Shown piece after piece: positions 1-10,188 of a stretch of DNA of 64,000 nt; the stretch's first letter is position 1; the number at the start of each line of letters is the position of its first letter. A model generated the notes under the pieces. It saw only the letters and a list, made by a program, of their open reading frames with translations, searched no databases and had not been told where the DNA came from. The stretch is taken from positions 69,440 through 133,439 of the forward strand of contig CAVUHQ010000039.1 in the NCBI GenBank assembly GCA_963741215.1, in the 5' to 3' direction. The translations under genes were made by a program, and so were the position numbers. The stretch comes from an uncultured beta proteobacterium. Lineage in GTDB: Bacteria; Pseudomonadota; Gammaproteobacteria; Burkholderiales; SHXO01.

Positions 1-5
1 GAGCC

Positions 6-302
6 ATGCTGGACGAGCTGACGCAACTCGACTTCGCACCTCTGGTGACCGATAGATTTCGGCTGGTCGAAAGCGACGTAACGCTGGACTTGGAGCTACT
101 CTCCGCAGAGGCCGCGACTGTCAGCGGCCATCAAGCTTCCGGGCGCGCACCTTTTTCGCTCGTCTTCCGCGGGCCGCACGAACCGCTGCTGCCCCAACGT
201 ATCTACCCCTTGCAGCATTCCGCCCTGGGCGTTCTGGACATCTTTCTCGTTCCCATCGGCCCCGACGAGTCAGGCCAGCGCTACGAGGCGGTCTTCTCCT
301 AA
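6..302 (+). CDS. small conserved hypothetical protein, cytoplasmic paralogue of 2749..3165
   Basis: 98-aa ORF. The C-terminal half aligns by eye with the 2749..3165 product (FSLVFRGP/LPQRIYPLQH/FLVPIG/YEAVFS versus FSIYFRTP/LPAGLYQVEH/YLEPVS/YRADFS). No signal peptide. It starts 5 nt from the window edge, so the true start may lie upstream. Confidence 0.55.
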   Translation: MLDELTQLDFAPLVTDRFRLVESDVTLDLELLSAEAATVSGHQASGRAPFSLVFRGPHEPLLPQRIYPLQHSALGVLDIFLVPIGPDESGQRYEAVFS

Positions 303-323
303 GATCCTGCGTCGCCACCGCGC

Positions 324-854
324 TCAGCTGCCAGGGCGGACCGTGCCTGGCGGGATCCAGATCATCTCCTTGTAGACCCCGTGGTCGGTTGTCGGCTGGA
401 ACGCGAGGCGTAAATAGAGGCGGATTGCGGCGTTGGACTGCTCGACGTGGATGATGATGGGCTTGCTCTGGCTGGCAGCCTCCGCCTGCAGCTCGCGCAG
501 GAGTGTTCCGCCGATGCCCGCCCCTCGGTACTCGGGCAGCAGCGCGATGTCGATTACGCGGATTTCCTGGTTGGACCGATCCACGTAAAAGCGGCCGGCA
601 GGATCTCCCTCCACCTCGACGACAGCGAACCGAGCCGCGGGAAAATGCGCGTGATAATAGCTGTGCTGCGCATTGAACTGCATGGTGAGGAAGACGTTCT
701 TCTGCTCCTCGCTCCAGCCGGTTAGCCGCAACTCCTCTTCCCGTGTGCTGGCGTAGACGCGAAATAAGAACGCGAGGTCCTGCTCGGAGGCGGCTCGTAG
801 AGCGATACCGGGGATCACAGTACTGCCCGCCTCCGGCCACAGTTGAAACGTCAT
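324..854 (-). CDS. GNAT-family N-acetyltransferase
   Basis: 176 codons from ATG 854 to stop 324, the lower part of ORF 324..1427. The acetyl-CoA site region IALLPEYRGAGIGGTLL followed by a beta-bulge-like segment is typical of GNAT. Co-directional with the collar genes. Confidence 0.85.
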   Translation of the reverse strand: MTFQLWPEAGSTVIPGIALRAASEQDLAFLFRVYASTREEELRLTGWSEEQKNVFLTMQFNAQHSYYHAHFPAARFAVVEVEGDPAGRFYVDRSNQEIRVIDIALLPEYRGAGIGGTLLRELQAEAASQSKPIIIHVEQSNAAIRLYLRLAFQPTTDHGVYKEMIWIPPGTVRPGS

Positions 855-916
855 CCGATGCGGCCACAGCGAGCCGCCGCGGGCCTGGATCCGTTGCAGA
901 GGGCGCCCGGTGACGC

Positions 917-1427
917 TTAGTTGCGGGCAGGAAATATCCCTTGGAGCGCGATGATGAAGTTCAGGGCGAGATAGGGCTGACGGTTGTCGTGCGGCTGCGA
1001 ATTGCCAGTGGGCAACACCGCCACGCCGGCCATGGGCACCAGATTGCCGGGCGGCCCGAAAATCTTCGCGGCCGACTGCCCAAGCACGCTGGCCCCGGGC
1101 GTATTTGTCGATGCGCCGGTCGACGCGGTCAGCTGGTGCGAATGGGCCGGTATCTGACCAAGGTTCAACGTCACAGTTTCCTCGCCGCCTTGCTCCCCAA
1201 GCGTACGGTTGGTGAGCCCTGGCCCCTGGCCTTGATGCATAGGCGAGCATCCGCGCAGGTCCGGCAGCGCGAAGTTGCGTCTTGCCATCGCCGCCATAGG
1301 TCGTACCTAGCAGCGAGAACAGCGCGGTGTTCTGCGAGATGGGAAACAACTGTCCGTTGCAAAACGCCCATCCCTTCGGCGCAAAGTTCCCCGCGAAGAT
1401 CCTGATTTCAGCGACGAATTGGTCCAT
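917..1427 (-). CDS. phage tail collar domain protein (MdpB-like), copy 1, read through one +1 frame break near 1278
   Basis: The N-terminus MDQFVAEIRIFAGNFAPKGWAFCNGQLFPISQNTALFSLLGTTYGGDGKT lies in the frame of ORF 324..1427. The remainder NFALPDLRG...PHDNRQPYLALNFIIALQGIFPARN lies in ORF 917..1297. Length is 511 nt (3n+1). Confidence 0.8.
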
Positions 1428-1455
1428 GATCGGTATCCTCGATAGCCGCAGCGAT

Positions 1456-1959
1456 TCAGCCTTGCGACGGGAACACGCCGAACAGCGAAATGATGAAGCT
1501 CACGCACAGGTAGGGAGCCATGTTGTCGTGCGGGCCGCTACCCCCTGCGGTGCTCACTGCCTGCGCGCTCATCGCCACCGCGACATTGAAGTCGTAGACG
1601 TTGCTTACTCCCGTGTTGGCGAGGAGGCTGCCCGCCGGACTCGAGAGCGGGTTGGCTGCGTCGCTGGAGCCTTGAAGTTGGTGACGATGTGCCGGCATCT
1701 GCTGGAGCGTGATAGTCACCGTTTCCGTACCAGCGGCTTGGGCAAGCACGTGCGTGCCCCCTTGGTCGATGGGAATCCTTCCCCGCAGGTCGGGTAGCGC
1801 AAATGTGTTCTGGCCATCCCCCCCGTAGGTCGTCCCGATAAGGTTGAACAGGGTCTCGTTCTCGGCGATGGGCAGCAATTGTCCGTCGCAGAACATCCAT
1901 CCCACAGGCGGGAAGTTGCCCGCAAACATCCTGATTTCGCCGACATAGGGGGTAGCCAT
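1456..1959 (-). CDS. phage tail collar domain protein (MdpB-like), copy 2
   Basis: Intact 167-aa ORF with GEIRMFAGNFPPVGWMFCDGQLLPIAENETLFNLIGTTYGGDGQNTFALPDLRG and a C-terminal PHDNMAPYLCVSFIISLFGVFPSQG. Confidence 0.9.
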   Translation of the reverse strand: MATPYVGEIRMFAGNFPPVGWMFCDGQLLPIAENETLFNLIGTTYGGDGQNTFALPDLRGRIPIDQGGTHVLAQAAGTETVTITLQQMPAHRHQLQGSSDAANPLSSPAGSLLANTGVSNVYDFNVAVAMSAQAVSTAGGSGPHDNMAPYLCVSFIISLFGVFPSQG

Positions 1960-1986
1960 GAGACTTCTCCCGATCCAAACTGGCGT

Positions 1987-2496
1987 TCAATTCTGTGAAG
2001 GGAAAATGCCTTGCAACGCGATAACGAAGGTGAGCGTAAGGTAGGGCTGCATATTGCTGTGCGGCTGTGTCGCCCCTATCGGGACCAGGGCGTTCGTCGC
2101 CATTGGCACAGCGTGATTGGCGGGGGTGAAGACATCCACGCCGAACCTTGCCTTTTTCGCCACCACCCTGCCGCTAGGATCGGTCGAGGACGCGGAGGTA
2201 GCCGACGCGTAAAGCGTGTGCGCGTGTTGGGGCATTTGGGCCTGGGTCAAAGCTGTGGTCTCCGTGCCAGCGCTTTGCCCAAGTGGATGGGTAGCCGAAA
2301 AATGAACCGGCGCGCGGCCCTGCAGATTCGGCAAGGCAAAGGTGGTAACGCCATCGCCGCCATAGGTCGTACCCAGCAGCGAAAACAACGCCTGGTTCTG
2401 ATTGATCGGCAACAGCTGACCGTTGCACAGCGCGTAACCTTTGGGGGGAAAGTTGAAGCTCACCAGCTTGATTTCGGCGAGGAATGGGTTAGACAT
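1987..2496 (-). CDS. phage tail collar domain protein (MdpB-like), copy 3
   Basis: Intact 169-aa ORF with AEIKLVSFNFPPKGYALCNGQLLPINQNQALFSLLGTTYGGDGVTTFALPNLQG and a C-terminal PHSNMQPYLTLTFVIALQGIFPSQN. Confidence 0.9.
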   Translation of the reverse strand: MSNPFLAEIKLVSFNFPPKGYALCNGQLLPINQNQALFSLLGTTYGGDGVTTFALPNLQGRAPVHFSATHPLGQSAGTETTALTQAQMPQHAHTLYASATSASSTDPSGRVVAKKARFGVDVFTPANHAVPMATNALVPIGATQPHSNMQPYLTLTFVIALQGIFPSQN

Positions 2497-2551
2497 ACTG
2501 ACACTCTCCAGATGCGGGCGGGCTATCTCCGAGCCACCAGTTCACCAGCGC

Positions 2552-2576
2552 AAACTGTGTATTTTTTTAACAGTTT
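2552..2576. promoter_or_regulatory. AT-rich inverted repeat in the divergent promoter region between collar copy 3 and 2749..3165
   Basis: AAACTG-N13(T-rich)-CAGTTT. This is the only strongly AT-rich patch in the 250-bp divergent intergenic region. Confidence 0.3.
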
Positions 2577-2748
2577 TCTGATGCATTGGGTCGGTGCGCT
2601 TGCTGGTAGCATTATTGAGCGGCGCAGATTAAAGTCAAGGACAGCGTGCACTCGCACCTGCGATTGCTATACTGGCGCCACGGTGCGAGTACCGTGTTTT
2701 GGCGAACCGCAAGCGCAGGTCCGCGGCGGCAGCGGAGGAAAATCCAAG

Positions 2749-3165
2749 ATGATGATGAAACGGCGCCAATTTGTAACCGCGGGTAGCGCCCTGCTGGCGG
2801 CAACGGGGTTCGCGCCCGCGCGCTTGATCGCAGAGTCCACGGAGACGCTCGACGTTCGTGTCGTCGGGTTTGCCGGTGGATTGAGCCAGATCAAGTTCAA
2901 GGCTCTCTTGAACCAGACCTTCTACATTCGCGACGAAACATTCGGCACTGTTTTCGCCCAGCTCGTGGCAGTGAAGAATGTGGACGGGCCGGTCAACCCC
3001 GAGCAATTCTCGATCTACTTCCGGACGCCAGCCGTGCCCGCGCTTCCCGCGGGTCTCTATCAAGTCGAGCATTATCTCGCCGGCGTGACCCCGCTCTATC
3101 TGGAGCCTGTGTCCGGATCGGGAGCAGTCCCTCTGTACCGCGCCGATTTCAGTCTGCTGCACTGA
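2749..3165 (+). CDS. Tat-exported small conserved hypothetical protein, paralogue of 6..302
   Basis: 138 codons from ATG 2749. The twin-arginine signal is MMMKRRQFVTAGSALLAATGFAPA. The C-terminal domain is similar to the 6..302 product. Confidence 0.7.
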   Translation: MMMKRRQFVTAGSALLAATGFAPARLIAESTETLDVRVVGFAGGLSQIKFKALLNQTFYIRDETFGTVFAQLVAVKNVDGPVNPEQFSIYFRTPAVPALPAGLYQVEHYLAGVTPLYLEPVSGSGAVPLYRADFSLLH

Positions 3166-3231
3166 CCGCCTGCAGGAGGCACTGGTCAGGCGGCACGCCA
3201 TGCTCTAACGCGGCGTGCAGCTCCGAATTCG

Positions 3232-3260
3232 AAACCCCGCCCCGGCGGGGTTTCGCTTTT
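3232..3260 (+). terminator. rho-independent terminator candidate
   Basis: AAACCCCG-loop-CGGGGTTT stem followed by CGCTTTT, 67 nt after the stop at 3165. Confidence 0.6.
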
Positions 3261-3387
3261 AAGGGGCCGCTGCAGAACGGGCGCCTGCTCCACGTTCACG
3301 CTCGGACGCGGGCTTGTACAATGGCGCGCTGTGTCGCTTCGGCGCCGCTGTATCGCCGTCCCACGAAAGACCCTTCCTGCCTGTCGA

Positions 3388-6300
3388 ATGAAACCTCGAG
3401 ATATCAATCTGCCCGATCGGACGCACGACGCCATCCACATCCAGGGGGCGCGCCAGAACAACCTCAAGAACCTCGACCTGCGTATCCCTTTGAACGAGCT
3501 GGTGGTCGTCACCGGTGTGTCGGGATCCGGCAAGTCGTCGCTGGTGTTCGACACGCTGTACGCGGAGGGCCAGCGACGCTACGTGGAGACGTTCTCGCCC
3601 TACGCCCGGCAGTTCCTGGACCGGATGGACAAGCCGCAGGTGGACCGCATCGACGGCATCCCGCCGGCCATCGCCATCGACCAGACCAACCCGGTGCGCA
3701 CCTCGCGCTCCACGGTGGGAACGATGACGGAGCTCAACGACCACGTGAAGCTCCTCTATGCCCGCGCCGCGCACCTCTATTGCCGAGGCTGCGGTCAGCC
3801 GGTCCGCCGCGACACGCCTGAGACAATTCTGGCCGAGTTGAGCGCGCAGGGCGGAAGGTGCGGGCGACCCGCGCTTGATCGTTACGTTCCCCGTGACGGT
3901 GCCGAAGAACTTCTCGCAGACGGAAGTGCGCCAGCTCCTCGAGCAGCAAGGCTATACGAGATTGCACTCGCACAAGGGCAACCTGCTGGAAGTCGTGCAG
4001 GACCGCTTCCGCGTGTCCGGGGTGGAGCGCTCGCGGATAGCGGAAGCGCTGGAAGCGGCGCTGCGCGTCGGGCAAGGCAAGGTGAACGTCTACGTGATTG
4101 CGGAGGAAAGTATCGCTGTCGCGAACCTTTCTGACGCGGCGGCGGATCAGACTTCGTCTTCATCCCAGGTCTCTCCCACAGCCGGAGAAGAGGCAACCGC
4201 ACCGCTCGGCGCGCAACCGGTGTGGCGCTTCTCGAGCGATCTCCACTGCGCCGACTGCGACATCCACTATCAGGACCCGACGCCGAGCCTGTTCTCCTTC
4301 AACTCGCCCATCGGCGCGTGCGAGACCTGCCGCGGCTTCGGCCGCTCCATCGGCATCGATTTCGGTCTGGTCATACCCGACGAATCGAAGACCCTGCGCG
4401 AGGGTGCCGTCAAGCCCTGGCAGACGCCGAGCTTCAAAGAATGTCAGGACGACATGGAGCGCTTCGTCCGCAAACGCGGTGTGCCGATGGACGTGCCCTG
4501 GCGCGATATGGCCGACGAGCATCGTGAATGGGTGCTGGAGGGCGATCCGGACTGGATCAGCTGGAGCAAGTCCTGGCCGGGCAAGTGGTACGGCGTGCGG
4601 CGCTTCTTCGCGTGGCTGGAGTCGAAGAGCTACAAGATGCACATCCGCGTCCTGCTCTCCAAGTACCGCGCCTACACCGCTTGCATCGCCTGCGAAGGCG
4701 CGCGGCTCAAACCCGATGCGCTGCTGTGGCGCCTGGGCACCAACGAGGACGCCGATGGAGTGCTGGCACCGGAGAAGCGGTTCCGGCCGCACGGATTCAC
4801 ACTTGCAGTGGACCAGCTGCAGGCCCTGCCGGGCTTGACGGTGCACGACCTCATGCTGCTGCCCGTCGACCGCTGCCGGGAGTTCTTCGCTCGCCTGCAT
4901 TTGCCCGCGCCACTGGATGAAGCGACCGATCTGCTCCTCACGGAAATTCGCGCACGCTTCGGCTATCTCAACCAGGTGGGCCTCGGCTATCTGACGCTCG
5001 ATCGCCAGTCGCGCACGCTATCGGGCGGAGAGGTCCAGCGCATCAATCTCACCACCGCGCTCGGCACCTCGCTGGTGAACACACTGTTCGTGCTGGACGA
5101 GCCTTCTATCGGTTTGCATCCGCGCGACATGGGCCGCGTGATCGACGTGATGAAGCACCTGCGCGACGCCGGCAATTCGCTGGTGGTAGTGGAGCACGAC
5201 CCGCAGATCATGCTGGAAGCCGACCGCATCCTCGACATGGGACCCGGTCCGGGAGAGCGCGGCGGCAACGTCGTTTTCTTCGGCACGCCGTCCGAGCTGA
5301 CGCGGATGCCAGGCTCGCTGACTGCGGACTATCTGGCGGGACGACGGCGCGTGGATGACAGATCCGAATCCTCGGCGCCGCAACCGCCGGCCGCGGCCGG
5401 AATGAAGGAGCCCGCCGATGCCGGTTCCATCGATATCCTCGGCGCCGCCGAACACAACCTGAAGGCGATCAACGTCGCCATCCCGCTGCATCGACTCGTA
5501 TGCATCACCGGCGTAAGCGGTTCGGGCAAGTCCACGCTGGTGCAGGACGTGCTGTACCCGGCGCTGCGCAAGCACAAAGGCAAGCCGACCGAGGCGCCCG
5601 GCGCCCATCGGGCCGTACTCGGCCACGACAGAATCGCGAATGTCGTGATGGTGGACCAGTCCCCGATCGGCCGCACCACGCGCTCCAACCCGGCCAGCTA
5701 CGTCGGCGCGTTCGATGCCATCCGTCAGCTCTTCGCCAAGGAGCCGCTGGCCAAGGGACGCGGCTATACGCCTGGCACTTTCAGCTTCAACTCGGGTAAT
5801 GGCCGCTGCCCCACCTGCGGGGGGAACGGCTTCGAGCACGTGGAGATGCAGTTCCTGTCCGACGTGTACTTACGCTGTCCAGACTGCGACGGCAAGCGCT
5901 ACCGGGACGAGGTGCTGGAGGTGACGCTGCGCAGGGAAGAGCATTGCCGACGCGCTCGAGATGACGGTGTCGCAGGCGGTTGCCTTCTTCTCCGAGCAGC
6001 CCGAGGTGCTCGCCGTGCTGCGGCCCCTCGCAGACGTGGGACTGGAGTACCTCAAGCTGGGCCAGCCCGTACCCACGCTCTCCGGCGGCGAGGCGCAACG
6101 GCTGAAGCTGGCAGGGCATCTCGCCGAGGCTGCGCGGCCTACTTCTCGCGCCCCGAGCACAGCGCGTCCAGCCTTAGCGCCTGCGCACGGGCGCGGGAGC
6201 TTGTTCCTGTTCGATGAACCGACCACCGGGCTGCACTTCGACGACATCGCCAAGCTGCTGAGAGCCTTTCGTCAATTGATTGCGGCAGGACATTCGCTGG

Positions 6301-9264
6301 TGGTAATCGAGCATAACCTCGACGTGATCGGCGCCGCCGACTGGATCATCGACCTGGGCCCCGAGGGCGGTGACGCCGGCGGCGAAGTCATGTGTGCCGG
6401 TACGCCGCAAGAGGTGGCCACGAACGCGCGCTCGTATACGGGCGTAGCTTTGCGGGACTACCGGGCGGCTCTGGTGAATCTGGCGGTCGCGAAGTCCGCT
6501 CTGCACCCGTTGCATGGAGGCGAGGATTTTCCAATTGCGGCACCGGCCGGCGTGCGCCTGAGCAACGGCTCCATCCATATCCACAACGCGCGCGAGCACA
6601 ATCTCAAGAACGTGGACGTGCAGATTCCGCGCGAGAAGTTCACGGTGATCACCGGAGTTTCGGGCAGCGGCAAGAGCACGCTCGCCTTCGATATCTTGTT
6701 CGCCGAAGGCCAGCGGCGCTACCTGGAATCGCTCAACGCCTATGCGCGCCAGTTCGTGCAGCCGGCTTCGCGCCCGGATGTGGACGCCATCTTCGGCATC
6801 CCGCCCACGGTCGCCATCGAGCAACGCACCAGCCGCGGCGGACGCAAGAGCACGGTCGCCACGCTGACCGAGATCTATCACTTCCTGCGGCTGCTGTTCG
6901 TCAAGCTGGGGACCCAGTACTGTCCCAACTGCGACGTGCCGATCGAGCCGCAGAGCTTCGAGGCCATCAGCGCGCGCCTGATGCGCAATTACCGCGGGCA
7001 ACACATCGGCCTGCTGGCGCCGCTGGTGGTGGCGCGCAAGGGCTACTACACGGATCTGGCCAAATGGGCCTCCGGCAAGGGCTATGCGCACCTGCGCGTG
7101 GACGGGGCGTTTCTACCAACCGCCAAGTGGCCGCGGCTGTCGCGCTTCCAGGAGCACAGCATCGAGCTGCCGGTAGCGGATCTGCGCGTGGAGCCGGCGA
7201 ACGAAGCAACGCTGCGCGAGGCGCTGACGCGCGCGCTGGAGTTCGGTAAAGGCGTAGTGCAGGTCATCGCGCCGCTGGATGGGCTCATGCAAGGCAACGC
7301 CAAGGTGACCGAGGCGACGTTCTCGACCAAGCGCGCCTGCCCTTCCTGCGGCACCAGCTTCCCCGAGCTCGACCCGCGGCTGTTCTCCTTCAACTCCAAG
7401 CACGGGTGGTGCGAGACCTGCTTCGGGACCGGATTGAAGCTCGGCGACATCGGCTGGGATGAGGAACGCGAGAGGACCGGGACCGAGGACCATGTCCTCG
7501 ACTCCTGGCTGGAATGGCTCGAGGTGGATGAGGCTTGCCCCGCGTGCGAGGGCAAGCGGCTGAATCCGACGGCGCTGCACGTCCGCTTCCAGGACCGCTC
7601 CATCGCCGACCTCACCGCCTTGCCGGTGGCCACGGTCGAGGGCTTCTTCCATGACATGCGCCTGGAAGGTCGAGGCGCCGAGATTGCGCGCGACATTCTG
7701 GCGGAGTTGAAGGCGCGCCTGTCCTTCCTGCAGGACGTGGGACTGTCTTATCTGGCCCTGGACCGCTCTGCACCGACGCTTTCCGGCGGCGAGGCCCAGC
7801 GCATCCGGCTGGCATCCCAACTCGGGTCCAACCTGCGCGGCGTGTGCTACATCCTGGACGAGCCCACCATCGGCCTGCATCCGCGCGACAACAGGATTCT
7901 GCTGGACACGCTGGCCAAGCTCGAAGCCAAGGGCAACACCTTGGTGGTGGTGGAGCACGACGAGGACACCATCCGTCACGCCGAGCACGTCATCGATCTG
8001 GGCCCTGGAGCCGGCACGCTCGGCGGGCAGGTGGTGGCGCAGGGCTCGGCCGCGGAATTGATGCGTCAACCCGATTCGCTCACGGGGCGATTCCTGGCGC
8101 ACCCGCTCAGGCACCCGATCCAGCCGCGCCGCGCGGTCGAGCGCAAAACGCCGCACATCGATGTGCTCGGCATGCGCCTCCACAACCTCAAGAACGCCGA
8201 CGTGCGCATCCCGCTCGGGCGGCTTACGGTCGTGACCGGTGTGTCGGGCAGCGGCAAGAGCACGCTGGCGCGCGACGTGTTGCATCAGAACCTGGTGCAA
8301 CTGCTGAGCAGCAGCCGGCGGCGGGCGCGACGTCGCGCTGTTCGGCTGCCGGCAGATCGAGGGCTGGGAACAAATCGGACGCGTCCTCGAAGTGGACCAG
8401 ACGCCGATCGGCAAAACGCCGCGCTCCTGCCCGGCGACGTATGTGGGTTTCTGGGACGCGATCCGCAAGATGTTCGCCGAGACCAACGAATCACGCATGC
8501 GCGGGTACGGCCCGGGGCGCTTCTCCTTCAACACCGCGGGCGGGCGCTGCGAATCCTGCGAGGGCCAAGGCCTGAAGACGATCGAGATGAGCTTCCTGCC
8601 GGACGTGAAGGTCACCTGCGAGGCATGCGGCGGCGCGCGCTTCTCGCCCGAGACGCTGATGGTGCGCTTCAAAGGCAAGAGCATCGGCGACGTGCTGGCC
8701 ATGAGCGTGGACGAGGCGGCCGACTTCTTCTCCGCCCATCGCTCGATCCATCATGCGCTCAAGCTGCTGCAAGACGTGGGGCTCGGTTATATCACGCTGG
8801 GTCAACAGAGCCCGACCCTGTCCGGCGGCGAGGCGCAGCGCATCAAGCTGGTTACGGAGCTGGCGAAGGTTCGCACGGATGTTTCTCACCCGTTCAAGGG
8901 GAGAGCCAACGAGGGCACGGGTTCTCGCGGCGGCGGGATTTCCACCCTTTACGTCCTCGACGAGCCCACCGTCGGGCTGCACATGGCCGACGTGGAAATG
9001 CTCATCCGCGTTCTGCACCGCCTGGTCGACGCCGGCAACACGGTAGTGGTCATCGAGCACAATCTAGACGTAATGGCGGATGCCGACTGGATCATCGACC
9101 TCGGCCCGGAGGGCGGCGATGCAGGCGGTGAGATCGTCGCGCAGGGCTCGCCCGAAGACATCACCGGACAGGATCGCGCTCCCGAGACGAGAGGCGGCGC
9201 GGCAGCGCGCTCGCACACGGCCGCGGTATTGAAAGGTTTCCTGGCGCAGCGGGGACGTGGTTGA
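3388..9264 (+). CDS. tandemly duplicated UvrA-family ABC ATPase (two complete UvrA units fused, about 1958 codons), three +1 frame breaks near 3850, 5933 and 8315
   Basis: Four UvrA-type Walker A sites: [66 protein letters not shown] and [18 protein letters not shown]. Four LSGGE(A/V)QR...DEP(S/T)xGLH segments. Zn-finger CxxC pairs are present. Homology continues across ORFs 3331.., 3875.., 5961.. and 8392... Confidence 0.9.
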
Positions 9265-9265
9265 C

Positions 9266-10178
9266 ATGAAGCGTTTCATGCGGTGGCTCATCCGCATCGC
9301 CGCTGGCCTCCTGCTTCTGGTGGTTCTGGCCACGGGAGCCGTATTTGCGCTGAGTGAGATACGGCTGACCCGTACCTACCAGGTTCCGGCCGAAACCGTC
9401 GTGATTCCGCATGACTCCTGCCGGCATAGCGCGCGGGCAACACGTCGCGATCATCAGCGGGTGCGTCGACTGCCACGGCTCGAATCTCGCGGGCCGCGTG
9501 TTCTTCGAGAGTCCGATGATCGGCCGTTTCGTCGCCTCGAACCTCACCGCCGGGAAGGGTGGCATTGGCGGCAGTTTCACCGACCAGGATTGGATCCGCG
9601 CCATCCGCCACGGTGTCCAGCCGAGCGGAAAACCGCTGCTGGTGATGCCGGCCAGAGAGTATTACTTCCTGAGCGATGCCGATCTCGGGACGTTGATCGC
9701 TTACGTGAAGACGATCCCGCCGGTCGACAATGAGCTTCCCGCGAGTGCCGTATCCCCGATGGGACGCGTCTTGATGCTGGCCATCAAGGACATCGCGTTG
9801 CTGGGCGCTGAACGCATCGATCACACCGCGCCGCATCCAGTCGCGCCGGAGCCAGGAGTCACGCCGCAGTACGGCGGCTACCTCGCGGTGCGCTGCACCG
9901 GCTGTCACGGGGACACGCTGTCGGGCGGCAAGATCCCAGGCACTCCGCCGGACTGGCCGCCCGCCCTGAATTTGACACCCTATCCTGGCGCAGCTATCGC
10001 GGAATGGTCGCAGGACGAGTTCATCCGCACGCTGCGCACCGGCATCACCCCGCGCGGGAACCAGCTCGACACGAAGTACATGCCCTGGAAGGTGCTCGGC
10101 CAGATGACCGACGATGAGCTGAAGGCGCTCTGGCTGTTCCTAAGGTCGGCACCGCCGAAGGAGTACGGCGGCCGCTAG
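9266..10178 (+). CDS. membrane-anchored di-haem c-type cytochrome, one +1 frame break near 9415
   Basis: The N-terminal TM segment MKRFMRWLIRIAAGLLLLVVLATGAVFAL is in one frame. Two CxxCH sites (CVDCH and CTGCH) are in ORF 9411..10178. Length is 913 nt (3n+1). The ATG lies 2 nt after the UvrA-fusion stop. Confidence 0.8.
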
Positions 10179-10188
10179 TCGCCCCTAG

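Noticed and set aside
121-867. 248-aa ORF rich in Arg/Pro/Gly, antisense to the GNAT gene and 6..302
   Set aside because: Its composition is typical of out-of-frame or antisense reading of GC-rich coding DNA. It overlaps two ORFs that have recognisable motifs.
917-2496. Prophage or tailocin remnant as an explanation for the collar-domain genes
   Set aside because: No other phage structural, lysis or integration genes are within the window, and the genes are small stand-alone collar domains. I cannot exclude phage genes upstream of position 1.
7113-8702. 529-aa minus-strand ORF, and similar ones at 6174..7091, 5018..5839 and 4160..4900
   Set aside because: All are antisense to the UvrA-family homology track and have no recognisable motifs. 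Long antisense ORFs are expected at this GC content.
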